From Deltaproteobacteria bacterium (GTDB lineage: Bacteria > Desulfobacterota_D > UBA1144 > Nemesobacterales > CSP1-2): a stretch of 64,000 nucleotides of DNA. Of the stretch, positions 43,433 through 53,143 are shown piece after piece. The position numbers were made by a program, and so were the translations under genes. Every line of letters starts with the position of its first letter. The first letter of the stretch is position 1. The DNA lies in NCBI GenBank assembly GCA_052390235.1, contig JBQTHB010000003.1, positions 1 through 64,000 on the forward strand, given 5' to 3'. The notes under the pieces are model-generated. The model was given only the letters and a program-made list of their open reading frames with translations, searched no databases and was not told where the DNA came from.

Positions 43433-44404
43433 TCAAAGCCCAGATAGCTCAGGTATCTCGATTGTAGAAATTCCAGCCCTCTGAAGCGCGGCTCGAACCG
43501 CGGGTTCGGGCGCGAAGTCCGTTGCGATGATCCTGGCTCTGCCTCCCAAAGCCCATTTGAGTCTATCCCCTGCGGCAATCGAAGCTATCTCTCGAAGCCC
43601 CGGGGCCGCCTCGAAAATCACCGTAGGCTTCACTTCGAGAATATCGTCGTAAAACCCCTTGCGGCTCTCGGCAACTATGAGCCTTGCGGCTTTTGATATG
43701 GCGGCGAGGTTTATAAGCGCATCAAAGGGCGAAGCGGTCTGCAAATAGGAAAAAGCCTGAGCCTCAAGGTCAAGGGCGGAAATCCGCTCGGACGCGCCGC
43801 TAAGGGTGTCAATTAATTTTCTATGAGAAAATTCACTCTTCGATGCGCCGCCGTGCGGGAATATAAAAGCGGCGGAGTCGGGAGACAGGGATTTAGCCGC
43901 CTGCTCAAGCTCGTCTTGCAGCCGCTTTTTCTTGAGCATACCGAATTTGACAACGGCTTTGTAGGGAACTACCAGCTCGCCGCCCTCGCCGAGTGTCGTA
44001 TCGAAGAGCGGGACGACTCTATCGGGAAGGGACGCTTTGGGCAGGGCTAGGATTTTCTGCAAAGACGCATCGCTGGAGGCGAAGATAAATTTAGGGCTAA
44101 ACAAAGCGGCGGCGCTTTGAATATCCGAATCATCCCCGCCGACGGAAACAACCGCCCCGCCGATGGATACGACGGCGAGCTCGGCCATCAGGGATTCGGC
44201 GCGGCGCGGCGCGGTAATGAGGGCTTTATCCCCGGCGCCGAAGCCTAGGCTCATGAGGAAGGCGGCTACATTTTTTATCTCGGAGTCAAAATCTAGCCAA
44301 GTGGTCTGCTTCCAACTCCAGCCGTCTTTTCTCTGCAGCAGGAGCTTTCCAGCGTATTTTTTGACCCTCGCTCCGAGGAACTCAGGTATAGTTTTTTCGT
44401 TCAT
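43433..44404 (-). CDS. Truncated/degenerate AMP-binding (acyl-CoA synthetase N-terminal-like) protein
   Basis: WKQTTW...LGFGAGDK...EVKPTV similarity; lacks the P-loop and C-terminal domain. Confidence 0.65.
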   Translation of the reverse strand: MNEKTIPEFLGARVKKYAGKLLLQRKDGWSWKQTTWLDFDSEIKNVAAFLMSLGFGAGDKALITAPRRAESLMAELAVVSIGGAVVSVGGDDSDIQSAAALFSPKFIFASSDASLQKILALPKASLPDRVVPLFDTTLGEGGELVVPYKAVVKFGMLKKKRLQDELEQAAKSLSPDSAAFIFPHGGASKSEFSHRKLIDTLSGASERISALDLEAQAFSYLQTASPFDALINLAAISKAARLIVAESRKGFYDDILEVKPTVIFEAAPGLREIASIAAGDRLKWALGGRARIIATDFAPEPAVRAALQRAGISTIEIPELSGL

Positions 44405-44480
44405 TATTCAAGTCCTAGGGGGTTTTTTTGATTCGCCGAGCGGATATTTAATGAAACCATAAAGGCAGGGTAAATATACA

Positions 44481-45854
44481 ATAAATCGAGAGCTTTCCAA
44501 TAAATTTAAAATCAGCCTCTTCCCAAGCCCCCTCTTTGACGGAGCGCTATCCGTAGTCAGGCGGCTTCGGCGGGCGGGTTACAGGGCATTTCTAGTGGGC
44601 GGATGCGTCCGCGACAGCGCAATGGGGATTGCCCCGAAGGAGTACGATATTGCCACATCGGCAACGCCTGATGTGGTAATGGGCCTCTTCGAGCGCGCAT
44701 TCCCTATTGGGGCGAGCTTCGGCGTGGCTCTCGTCCTTGAGGGGGATTATAAATTTGAGGTCGCCACATTTAGGCGGGATTTAGGCTACGCCGACGGCAG
44801 ACACCCCTGCGGCGTCCTCTACACAGAAGACGAGCGTGAAGACGTTCTGCGCCGGGATTTCACGATAAACGGTATGCTCTCAGACCCAGAAACGGGAGAA
44901 TGCTTCGATTATATCGGAGGGATTGGGGACATTAAGCGGCGGATGGTGAGAACCATAGGAGATGCCCGCCAGAGATTCGCCGAGGATAAACTGCGCATGA
45001 TGCGGGCGGCGAGGTTTGCCTCTCGGTTTCAATTTGAGATTGAACAGGACACGGGACTGGCAATATCCGAGCTTGCGCCGCAGATTCAGCAGGTGAGCGC
45101 CGAGAGAATCCGCGATGAAATCGTGAAAATAATATCTCAGGAAAACCCGGGGCTTGGGCTTCGGACACTCGCCGAATTCGGGCTTCTAGCGCTCATCCTG
45201 CCGGACGTTGAGCGGATGCGGGGAGTGGCTCAGCCGCCTGAATTTCACCCCGAAGGAGACGTTTTTATCCACACCTGCCTCGTGCTAGACAAACTCCGCG
45301 AGACTGCCGGAGGGGAAATTTCCCTTGAGCTTGCCATGGGGGCGCTCCTCCACGACGTGGGCAAGCCGCCGACATTTACCGTATCCGATAGAATCAGATT
45401 CAACGGACACGATAGGGTCGGGGCGGATATGTCGCGGCGGATTTTAAGGGATCTGAAATTCTCAAACAAGCAGGTTGAGGCTATATGCTCGCTCATTAGG
45501 GAGCATCTCAAATTTAAAGATACATTCGATATGCGGGATGCCACACTGAAGAGATTTCTTGGGATGGAGAATTTCGGCGACCACCTGAAGATGCACCTCG
45601 CCGACTGCCTTGCGAGCCACGGGATGAGAGGGGCTTACGATTTTGTAAGGCAGAAACTCGCCGAGTTTAGCCGAGAGCAGATAGCGCCCAAGCCCCTTAT
45701 CGGCGGCAGGGATTTAATCGAGATGGGCTATAAGCCGGGCCCCATTTTTACCGAGATTCTCCGCTCCGTTGAAGAAGCGCAGCTCGAGGGGGAGCTAAAG
45801 GACGCTGACGAGGCAAGGAGGTTCGTAGCCGAGAAATTCACTTTGGCGCAGTAG
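44481..45854 (+). CDS. cca: CCA-adding tRNA nucleotidyltransferase with HD domain (start uncertain)
   Basis: LVGGCVRD, RRDFTING, EDKLRMMRAARF, ERIRDE, LLHDVGKP; frame open upstream of GTG 44595 back to a stop at 44460. Confidence 0.85.
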   Translation: MNRELSNKFKISLFPSPLFDGALSVVRRLRRAGYRAFLVGGCVRDSAMGIAPKEYDIATSATPDVVMGLFERAFPIGASFGVALVLEGDYKFEVATFRRDLGYADGRHPCGVLYTEDEREDVLRRDFTINGMLSDPETGECFDYIGGIGDIKRRMVRTIGDARQRFAEDKLRMMRAARFASRFQFEIEQDTGLAISELAPQIQQVSAERIRDEIVKIISQENPGLGLRTLAEFGLLALILPDVERMRGVAQPPEFHPEGDVFIHTCLVLDKLRETAGGEISLELAMGALLHDVGKPPTFTVSDRIRFNGHDRVGADMSRRILRDLKFSNKQVEAICSLIREHLKFKDTFDMRDATLKRFLGMENFGDHLKMHLADCLASHGMRGAYDFVRQKLAEFSREQIAPKPLIGGRDLIEMGYKPGPIFTEILRSVEEAQLEGELKDADEARRFVAEKFTLAQ

Positions 45855-45888
45855 CCACTTCAATAGGCAAGATACATGACTAAAATTC

Positions 45889-45952
45889 CCCCCTTCGACT
45901 CCGCTCCCTGAGCAATTGGCAACCCAACGCAACCTGCCTCCTGCTCAGGGTG
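45889..45952. repeat. Degenerate palindromic element between convergent genes
   Basis: CCCTTCGACTCCGCTC followed by a CCCTGAGCA...TGCTCAGGG inverted repeat. Confidence 0.4.
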
Positions 45953-45999
45953 AAAGCGCGCTCCCGCCTATATCCGACATTGCCCAGCCTGCATAATGA

Positions 46000-47013
46000 T
46001 TAAAATCCCTCAAGCACGATTTTGCCCTTCGCCCTGCCGCTCTCTATTAGGGCGTGAGCGCGTATCAAATTCTCCGCCCTGATTGCCCCGAAATGCTCCC
46101 CAAGCGTCGTGCGTATGACGCCAGAATCCACAAGCTCCGCCGCCTCCGTGAGCAGGTCGTGCTGGGCTATCATATCGGGCGTCTCAAATATCGGGCGCGT
46201 GAACATCAGCTCCCAATGAAGGGAAATGCTCTTTCGCTTAAGCGCAAGCGCATCCAAGGTCTGAGGGTCGTCTATCAGCCCAAATTTTCCCTGCGGGGCA
46301 AGCGACTGCACTATTTCCGGGAAATGTATCTGCGTCTGAGTGAGCGCGGCAACGTGCGTAACCTGCGGGATACCGATACGCCCAAGTTCCTCGGACAGCG
46401 GCTTTGAGTGGTCAATAACGTAGTGCGCCCCGAGGGATGAGACCCAATCCCTCGTCTCCGGTCTCGACGCCGTGCCTATAACAGTCATCGAGGTGAGCCT
46501 CCTTGCAAGCTGAGTGAGAATCGAGCCGACCCCTCCGGCCGCTCCTATGATTAGAATTGTGTCTTGAGTCGGTTTTTTGCCCGGTTGGACGGAGAAGCGG
46601 TCAAAGAGAAGCTCCCACGCCGTGATGGTCGTGAGCGGAAGCGCCGCCGCTTCAGCGAATCCGAGGGATTTGGGCTTGCTGCCGACAATTCGCTCGTCAA
46701 CGAGATGAAGCTCAGAATTCGCCCCCGGTTTCACCATTGAGCCTGAGTACCAGACCTCATCGCCGGGCTTAAATAATTTGACCCCATCGCCTACGCCTGC
46801 GACAACACCGGACACATCCCACCCCAGCACCTTGACACCGCCCGCTTCAGGCATAACGCGGCGGCGCAGTTTTGTATCAACCGGATTTACCGAGACCGCC
46901 TTAACCTCGACGAGAAGCCCGCGCCCCGACGGACTGGGGTCTGGAAGCTCAAGGTCAATCAACGCCTCGGCCTCTGTTATCGGGAGAGATTTTCTGTAAC
47001 CTACGGCTTTCAT
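46000..47013 (-). CDS. Zinc-type alcohol dehydrogenase-like / quinone oxidoreductase (MDR family)
   Basis: SVNPVD, LGWD, GAAGGVG, HWELMFTR. Confidence 0.9.
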   Translation of the reverse strand: MKAVGYRKSLPITEAEALIDLELPDPSPSGRGLLVEVKAVSVNPVDTKLRRRVMPEAGGVKVLGWDVSGVVAGVGDGVKLFKPGDEVWYSGSMVKPGANSELHLVDERIVGSKPKSLGFAEAAALPLTTITAWELLFDRFSVQPGKKPTQDTILIIGAAGGVGSILTQLARRLTSMTVIGTASRPETRDWVSSLGAHYVIDHSKPLSEELGRIGIPQVTHVAALTQTQIHFPEIVQSLAPQGKFGLIDDPQTLDALALKRKSISLHWELMFTRPIFETPDMIAQHDLLTEAAELVDSGVIRTTLGEHFGAIRAENLIRAHALIESGRAKGKIVLEGF

Positions 47014-47046
47014 TAGCAATCACCTCGAAAATTTGGATTTTTTTTA

Positions 47047-48066
47047 TCACACCGCCGGAATAACTTCCTCGCCAAATAGCCTGATGCAATCGGAAATCGT
47101 CCGGTGTGACGCCTGAGGGAACACCATTCGGCAGGCAATGTAGCTTATGCCAAGCTCCTTGTATTTTTGGACTTCCCCTATGCAGTCCTGCGGGTCGCCG
47201 ATGATGAAACGGTCTTCGGGGAGGAATTCAAAAAGCGGGTCGTCCTCTCTCGTAACCTGCTTGCCCCTGATGAAAACCTTCACGCCTAAGCCCAAGTAGA
47301 ATTTATACATACTGATGATATAGCGTCCGGCTTCTTCCTTGGCTTTTTTCCTGTCGGGGGCGATGTAGGTCTCCCTCAGGAGGATGTGCTGGACGGCTTC
47401 GGGATTTTTTCCCGCCCCTCGCGCCGCGTCGTTAAATACTGCGATGGTGTCTCTAATCATCTGAGTCGTCCTGCCGGGCCCGATGAGGAGCGGGTATCCG
47501 AGCCTGCCCGCGCGCCTTATCGCCGGCTCTTCAAACGCGCCTATGTAAATCGGGATATGGGGCTTTTGCACGGGCTTGGGGGTTACGTTTATGTTGTCGA
47601 AATTAAAGCGCTTGCCATGATAGGAAAAGCTCCCCTCGCCCCACGATTTAAGAAGCACGTCAATCCCCTCTTCAATTAGCGAGGGCCTGTGCTTTATCGA
47701 GAGTCCAAACCCCTCGAACTCCTCTTTCCTGTATCCGACGGCGACGCCCAGGAGGAATCTGCCGTTTGAGATATTGTCAACGACTGCCGCGTCCTCAGCC
47801 ACGCGCACGGGGTTGTGAAGCGGGAGAATCATTGCCGCCGTGCCGATTTGAATCCTCGTCGTGCGAGCCGCCATAGCCGCCGCCGCGGCAAGCACCGAGG
47901 GACAGTACCCGTCGGGCAGAAAATGATGCTCCGATAGCCAAGCCGAGGTGAATCCCACATCCTCGGCGAGCTTCACTTCATCGAGCGTGTCGGAGTAAAT
48001 CTGGGCGTGAGTCGCCACTTTCTCAGGATGGGTCTGCATACCGAATAGTCCGATACCGAATTTCAT
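47047..48066 (-). CDS. LLM-class (luciferase-like) flavin-dependent oxidoreductase
   Basis: WLSEHHF, PLHNPVRVAED, SNGRF, PKPVQKPH. Confidence 0.9.
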   Translation of the reverse strand: MKFGIGLFGMQTHPEKVATHAQIYSDTLDEVKLAEDVGFTSAWLSEHHFLPDGYCPSVLAAAAAMAARTTRIQIGTAAMILPLHNPVRVAEDAAVVDNISNGRFLLGVAVGYRKEEFEGFGLSIKHRPSLIEEGIDVLLKSWGEGSFSYHGKRFNFDNINVTPKPVQKPHIPIYIGAFEEPAIRRAGRLGYPLLIGPGRTTQMIRDTIAVFNDAARGAGKNPEAVQHILLRETYIAPDRKKAKEEAGRYIISMYKFYLGLGVKVFIRGKQVTREDDPLFEFLPEDRFIIGDPQDCIGEVQKYKELGISYIACRMVFPQASHRTISDCIRLFGEEVIPAV

Positions 48067-48389
48067 TTCTTTGCAATCCTCCGTAGATGGAAAATCTCTG
48101 GGCAATTATAACACCCGCGCCCGAATGGGGCTATGTCCTAAGATGCAGGATGCGCAGGGAAAGATTCCTCGCCAAAGGCTTGGGGATACAGAGCCGCTGA
48201 GCGGCTCGGCAGGCGTAGCGCGCGCAAATGGATACCCAATTGTGGACATTCGCGCAGGGATTATTAGGGCGTCCCGCGGCGCAAACCGCGCATCTGGCAT
48301 CCGGCTTTATATTCTCTTGACTGAAATTTTTTATCCTTTATTATATGGACGCAGCAACCCTATTTAAGAGAGAGAGGAGAGAGAGAGCT

Positions 48390-50081
48390 ATGTCAAATGT
48401 TCCCGCAGATTTCAAGCCCCACGTATCCGAATTTAAATACGTCTCTGGGATAACGAGCAGTCCCGACGAACGCGTCGAAGTAGGAGTGGTGTTCGTAGGA
48501 GCGGGCCCTGCAAGCCTCGCCGGAGCGATTCGCCTGGCACAGCTCCTAGAGGGTGAGCCAGAGCTTATGCGCTCGCTCGGAGATATTCCCATTGCCATTA
48601 TCGAGAAGGGAAAATATCCGGGCGCGCACCTCGTCTCAGGGGCGGTGATGAATCCCATCTCGATAAAGACGCTCTTTCCCGATCTCAAGGACTCAGACTT
48701 CCCGTTCCTGTGGCACGTTGACAAAGAGGCGGTCTATTTCCTCACTCAGACCAAGGCGTTTAAACTCCCGACCCCTCCCACGATGAATAACCACGGCAAC
48801 TACGTCGTCTCCATAAGCCAGCTCGCGCAGTGGCTCGCCGCTAAAGCCGAGGAAAAAGGGGTCATGATATTCAACGAGATGGCAGGGGTGAAACTGCTAG
48901 TCGAGGACGGCGTGGTGAAGGGAATCAAAACCGACGACAAGGGACTCGATAAGGACGGAAATCCGCTTGAGAACTTCCAGCCCGGCTCAGACATCGTGGC
49001 GAAATACACAGTGCTTGGCGAGGGGGTAACCGGACACCTCGCGTACGCCCTCGCTGACCATTTCCACATTGAAAGACCAAATCCCCAGGTTTACGCGCTC
49101 GGAGTGAAAGAGGTCTGGGAGGTCAAAAAACCTCTCGATAGAGTCATCCACACCATGAACTGGCCCCTCCGCCCTCAGAAGAAATACCGCGAGTTCGGGG
49201 GAAGCTGGATTTATCCGATGGGCAAGGACAAGGTATCCATAGGCTTTGTCGTAGGACTCGACTACACCGACGCGACACTCTCCGTGCATGGAATCCTACA
49301 GGAGCTAAAAATGCACCCGCTCGTAAGGGAAATTCTCGATGGCGGCAGAAGGTCGGACAGCGGCTGGGGGGCAAAAACCATACCGGAAGGCGGATACTAC
49401 TCCGTGCCGGATAATTTAACCGTTCCCGGCGCGCTCATGATAGGAGACTCCGCGGGGCTTGTGAACGTTCCCGCGCTCAAGGGAATTCACTACGCGATGA
49501 TGTCCGGCATCAAAGCGGCTGAGACGATATTCAAAGCCCTAAAGGAAAAGCGCGACCCGGCTAAGGCCGATACCCTAGCCGAGTACGATAAATCCATCCG
49601 CGAGAGCTTCATCATGAAAGACCTCCGCAAGGTGCGCAACATGAGGCAGGCTTTCCAATATGGGTTTATCCCCGGCATGATGCTCGCAGGCATTATGACG
49701 GCGACAAACGGTATGTTTCCCGGATGGAAATTTAAGACCCACTACGACGGCGACGCGCCCATGTTCATCGGGAGCGAAAATTATCCGAAGTCCGATAACT
49801 CCTATACATTCGACAAGCTCACGAGCGTCTATGTGAGCGGAAACCGAAGCCGCGACAATCAGCCAAACCACATACTGTTTGAACCAGAGGTGTCCGAACC
49901 CGTAGGCGAGGCGTGGGTCAATATGTGTCCTGCCCAGGTCTATGAATGGCACACCGAGGGGGGACACAGGGTCATCAAGACAGACCCGACAAACTGCATC
50001 CAGTGCGGGGCAATTACGGCAAAGGGCGGAAGGCTCACACCCCCTGAAGGCGGCGGCGGGCCCGAATACACCGAGACATGA
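48390..50081 (+). CDS. Electron-transfer flavoprotein:quinone oxidoreductase
   Basis: VGAGPA, SGAV, KGIHYAM, CPAQVY...NCIQC, PPEGGGGPEY. Confidence 0.92.
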   Translation: MSNVPADFKPHVSEFKYVSGITSSPDERVEVGVVFVGAGPASLAGAIRLAQLLEGEPELMRSLGDIPIAIIEKGKYPGAHLVSGAVMNPISIKTLFPDLKDSDFPFLWHVDKEAVYFLTQTKAFKLPTPPTMNNHGNYVVSISQLAQWLAAKAEEKGVMIFNEMAGVKLLVEDGVVKGIKTDDKGLDKDGNPLENFQPGSDIVAKYTVLGEGVTGHLAYALADHFHIERPNPQVYALGVKEVWEVKKPLDRVIHTMNWPLRPQKKYREFGGSWIYPMGKDKVSIGFVVGLDYTDATLSVHGILQELKMHPLVREILDGGRRSDSGWGAKTIPEGGYYSVPDNLTVPGALMIGDSAGLVNVPALKGIHYAMMSGIKAAETIFKALKEKRDPAKADTLAEYDKSIRESFIMKDLRKVRNMRQAFQYGFIPGMMLAGIMTATNGMFPGWKFKTHYDGDAPMFIGSENYPKSDNSYTFDKLTSVYVSGNRSRDNQPNHILFEPEVSEPVGEAWVNMCPAQVYEWHTEGGHRVIKTDPTNCIQCGAITAKGGRLTPPEGGGGPEYTET

Positions 50082-50106
50082 CGAGTTAATTCATCAAAGC
50101 GAGTTG

Positions 50107-50136
50107 AAAGGGGCGATGGCGGTACATCGCCCTTTT
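50107..50136 (+). terminator. Intrinsic terminator (probably bidirectional)
   Basis: AAAGGGGCGATG...CATCGCCCTTTT. Confidence 0.75.
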
Positions 50137-50295
50137 GTTATTTGCGCAGTTGCTAGGACAGAGCGCGTAAATTATAAAAGGGTATAGCTGTCTAATTCTC
50201 AGGCGGACCCTAGCCATTTGGAGGGAACTATCGCCATGGACATATATATACAAGAGTATGATGAATTTTAATTCCTAGTTACGCGCCAATCCCCA

Positions 50296-51348
50296 CTAAC
50301 CAAAAGCCACAACCGCGCTCGTTACAAGCAGGTTCAGCACGGCAAGCGGGAACAGCACCTTCCATCCGAGATTCATCACCTGGTCATAGCGGAATCTAGG
50401 GATAGTCCACCTGACCCAGATAAAGAAAAATAGGAGAAATAAAACCTTGCCCGCAAACACCATAGGGGGCAGATACCAGTGCGTGTCAATATCAATCCCA
50501 AACCAGCCGCCGAAAGGAAGCGGATACCACCCGCCCAAGAAAAACGCCGTCATAAGGCAGGAGGCGACTATCATGTGCGTATATTCAGCCATGAAAAACA
50601 TGGCGAATTTCATACTGCTGTACTCCGTGTGATAGCCCGCGACAATCTCCGGCTCGGCTTCGGGAAGGTCAAAGGGAAGCCTATTGGTCTCGGCAAAGGA
50701 CGACACCATAAACACCAAAAAGCCAAGTGCCTGAGGCACGGCAAACCAGAGCTTCTGCTGCGCCTCGATAATGTCGTTTATCCTAAGCGAGCCGGCAAGG
50801 AGAATGACCCCTATAATTGATAGCCCCAGCGATAGCTCATAGCTAATCATCTGAGCCGAGGCGCGCAGTCCCCCCAGAAGGGAATACTTGCTGTTCGACG
50901 CCCATCCACCGAGAACCACCCCATAGACGCTCAGAGACGTTATTGCCAGCACAAAGAGAAGCCCTGAATTTATATCGGCAATCTGGAAATTTACAAAATA
51001 AGGCTCATCCAGCATCCCGAAGAGCGTCGTGCTGAACCCGTATCCGATGGGGATGACGGCAAGGGCGATGATTGCGGGGACTAGCGTAAGGGCGGGGGCG
51101 ATAACGTAGAAAGGCTTATTTACATGGTCGGGGATGATGTCTTCTTTGAATATAAACTTTAGCCCGTCGGCAAGGGGCTGGAGAAGCCCGAAGGGCCCCA
51201 CGCGGTTCGGGCCCACGCGGTCTTGAATAAACGCGCTCAGCCTACGCTCGGCAAGCGTCATATAAGCGACTAAGGTCAGCACCCCGAACAGCAGCAGGGC
51301 CACTTTCACAACCGATATTCCAATTCCAACCCAGAGCATATTTTCCAT
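50296..51348 (-). CDS. nuoH: NADH:quinone oxidoreductase subunit H
   Basis: QDRVGPNRVG, GLLQPLADG, AETNRLPFDLPEAE, PRFRYDQ. Confidence 0.96.
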   Translation of the reverse strand: MENMLWVGIGISVVKVALLLFGVLTLVAYMTLAERRLSAFIQDRVGPNRVGPFGLLQPLADGLKFIFKEDIIPDHVNKPFYVIAPALTLVPAIIALAVIPIGYGFSTTLFGMLDEPYFVNFQIADINSGLLFVLAITSLSVYGVVLGGWASNSKYSLLGGLRASAQMISYELSLGLSIIGVILLAGSLRINDIIEAQQKLWFAVPQALGFLVFMVSSFAETNRLPFDLPEAEPEIVAGYHTEYSSMKFAMFFMAEYTHMIVASCLMTAFFLGGWYPLPFGGWFGIDIDTHWYLPPMVFAGKVLFLLFFFIWVRWTIPRFRYDQVMNLGWKVLFPLAVLNLLVTSAVVAFG

Positions 51349-51369
51349 TTTCAGGTTACCTAAGCGGGG

Positions 51370-52950
51370 CTAAGAGGGGCTTGCTCTCATTCCGAGCATC
51401 CCGACTTTATCGTAGTTTACGCCTTTGAACAGGGGGTTGCCGCCCGCGACCTCAAGCATTACCTCAGAGGGGGTTTTATAGTTAATCCCCCAGCCCAAGA
51501 GGGCGTTTCCGAGAGTGGCGAGGATTTCCCAATCGGGCTTTGCGCTTCCGGGAGGGGCGATGGCTTTTTTTATTCTCTGCACCCTGCCCTCGTCGTTTGT
51601 GAAAGTGCCGTCCTTTTCATAGGGGCTTGCGCCGGGGAGGATGGCGTGGGCGAGCCTCAGGGTTTCTGTGAGTTTAAAATCCACTGCCGCTAGGAACGAG
51701 AGCTGTCCCATAGCCTCGGCGAGCTTTCCGCCCTCGCCCTGCGGGACTAAGCCAAGGAGGTCTTCGCCCGCGATAAACAGGCATTTCACCTTCCCCGCAA
51801 TTATCGATTTTATCAGCTCCGGAGTGTCCGTGTTAAATCCTAAATTCCTCACGCCAGATGAGTTAGGGAATGGGTCGGAGCTTATGATTCCGAATTTCTT
51901 GCCGCCCTCGCAGATGCCGGCGTTTGAGTAGAGATTTTCTACCCCCATGCCGGTTGCGATTTTTTTGAGTAGATATAGCTCCTCGTTTGTGAGGGAGGGA
52001 GAGCCTAAAAACGCCGCCGAGTCGGGAGAATATCGCCTCATCCCCTCGGATATTGCGGCGAGCGCTTTATCCCACGAGGCAAGGGCAAATCCCTCGCCTT
52101 CGCGCAGGATGGGGTCTCTGAGCCTCCTGGCTTCCTGAATATCTCTGAATCCGTACCGCCCCCTGTCGCATATCCAGTGTTTATTGACATCCGCATTTAC
52201 CCTTGGGCGGACTCTGGCGAGGCCGCCTTTTCTGGGGTCAACCCCCGCGGTGATGTTGCATCCGTTTGAGCAAAGCGAGCAGATAGTATCGGTAAATTCC
52301 CAGTACCAGACGCGCTCCTGATGCAGGGTTTCTCTGCTCAAAAGCGCCCCGACAGGGCAGAGGTCAATCACGTTTCCCGCAAGCTCATTGTCGAGGGATT
52401 TACCCGGAAACGTTACGATTTTCTTTCTGAATCCGCGGCCGCTCGTGCCGAGTTCGCCGGTTTTGGTAACCTCGTCGGTGAATCTCTGGCATCTGGTACA
52501 CATGATGCACCGATTGGGGTCGTACATGATTTTATCGCTGAGGTAGGACTTGCGGCGGACTTTTTTCTCTTCAGGAGCATCGAAGCGGCTATGCCCGGGC
52601 CCGTGCTTAAACGTGGTGAGCTGCAGGGGACACTCGCCGCCTTTATCGCAAATAGGGCAGTCGAGCGGGTGATTTATGAGCGTGAACTCTACCGTGGCTT
52701 TTCTCGCGGCGATAGCCCGCTCGGTGTTGGTTTTCACCACTAGCCCGTCTCTGACAAAGGTGTTGCAGGCGGGCATCACTTTCGGCACGCCCTCGACGTC
52801 CACCAGGCACTGCCTGCACTGAGCCACTACGCTGAGCGCCGGATGGTAGCAGAAGTGAGGGATTTCCACCCCTGCTTTGGATGCCGCCTGAATGAGATTT
52901 AACCCGTCCTCGACCTCAATTTCTCTACCGTCAATTGTAACTTTAGGCAT
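51370..52950 (-). CDS. nuoG: NADH:quinone oxidoreductase subunit G (short form)
   Basis: Fe-S motifs HFCYH..CRQC, HPLDCPICDKGGEC, CIMCTRC..CPVGAL, CSLCSNGC. Confidence 0.88.
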   Translation of the reverse strand: MPKVTIDGREIEVEDGLNLIQAASKAGVEIPHFCYHPALSVVAQCRQCLVDVEGVPKVMPACNTFVRDGLVVKTNTERAIAARKATVEFTLINHPLDCPICDKGGECPLQLTTFKHGPGHSRFDAPEEKKVRRKSYLSDKIMYDPNRCIMCTRCQRFTDEVTKTGELGTSGRGFRKKIVTFPGKSLDNELAGNVIDLCPVGALLSRETLHQERVWYWEFTDTICSLCSNGCNITAGVDPRKGGLARVRPRVNADVNKHWICDRGRYGFRDIQEARRLRDPILREGEGFALASWDKALAAISEGMRRYSPDSAAFLGSPSLTNEELYLLKKIATGMGVENLYSNAGICEGGKKFGIISSDPFPNSSGVRNLGFNTDTPELIKSIIAGKVKCLFIAGEDLLGLVPQGEGGKLAEAMGQLSFLAAVDFKLTETLRLAHAILPGASPYEKDGTFTNDEGRVQRIKKAIAPPGSAKPDWEILATLGNALLGWGINYKTPSEVMLEVAGGNPLFKGVNYDKVGMLGMRASPS

Positions 52951-53143
52951 CGGCGCACCCCTCACGGCTAAGTGTTACATCATTGTATCCGACGCATCTT
53001 GGCGTTGCAAGTTGCGCAGAAAACGGGGATTTATAGACATTTCTCTATCATCAATTATTAAATCCGTCTGAAGCGGCCCCACTGGAGATTCCCTGAGGCG
53101 CAATTTGACTATCGCCATCCGATGCAAAATAATCTCCATCATA

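Noticed and set aside
48366..48387. GA-rich polypurine tract before ETF-QO
   Set aside because: Short, imperfect and overlapping the RBS; no evidence for phase variation.
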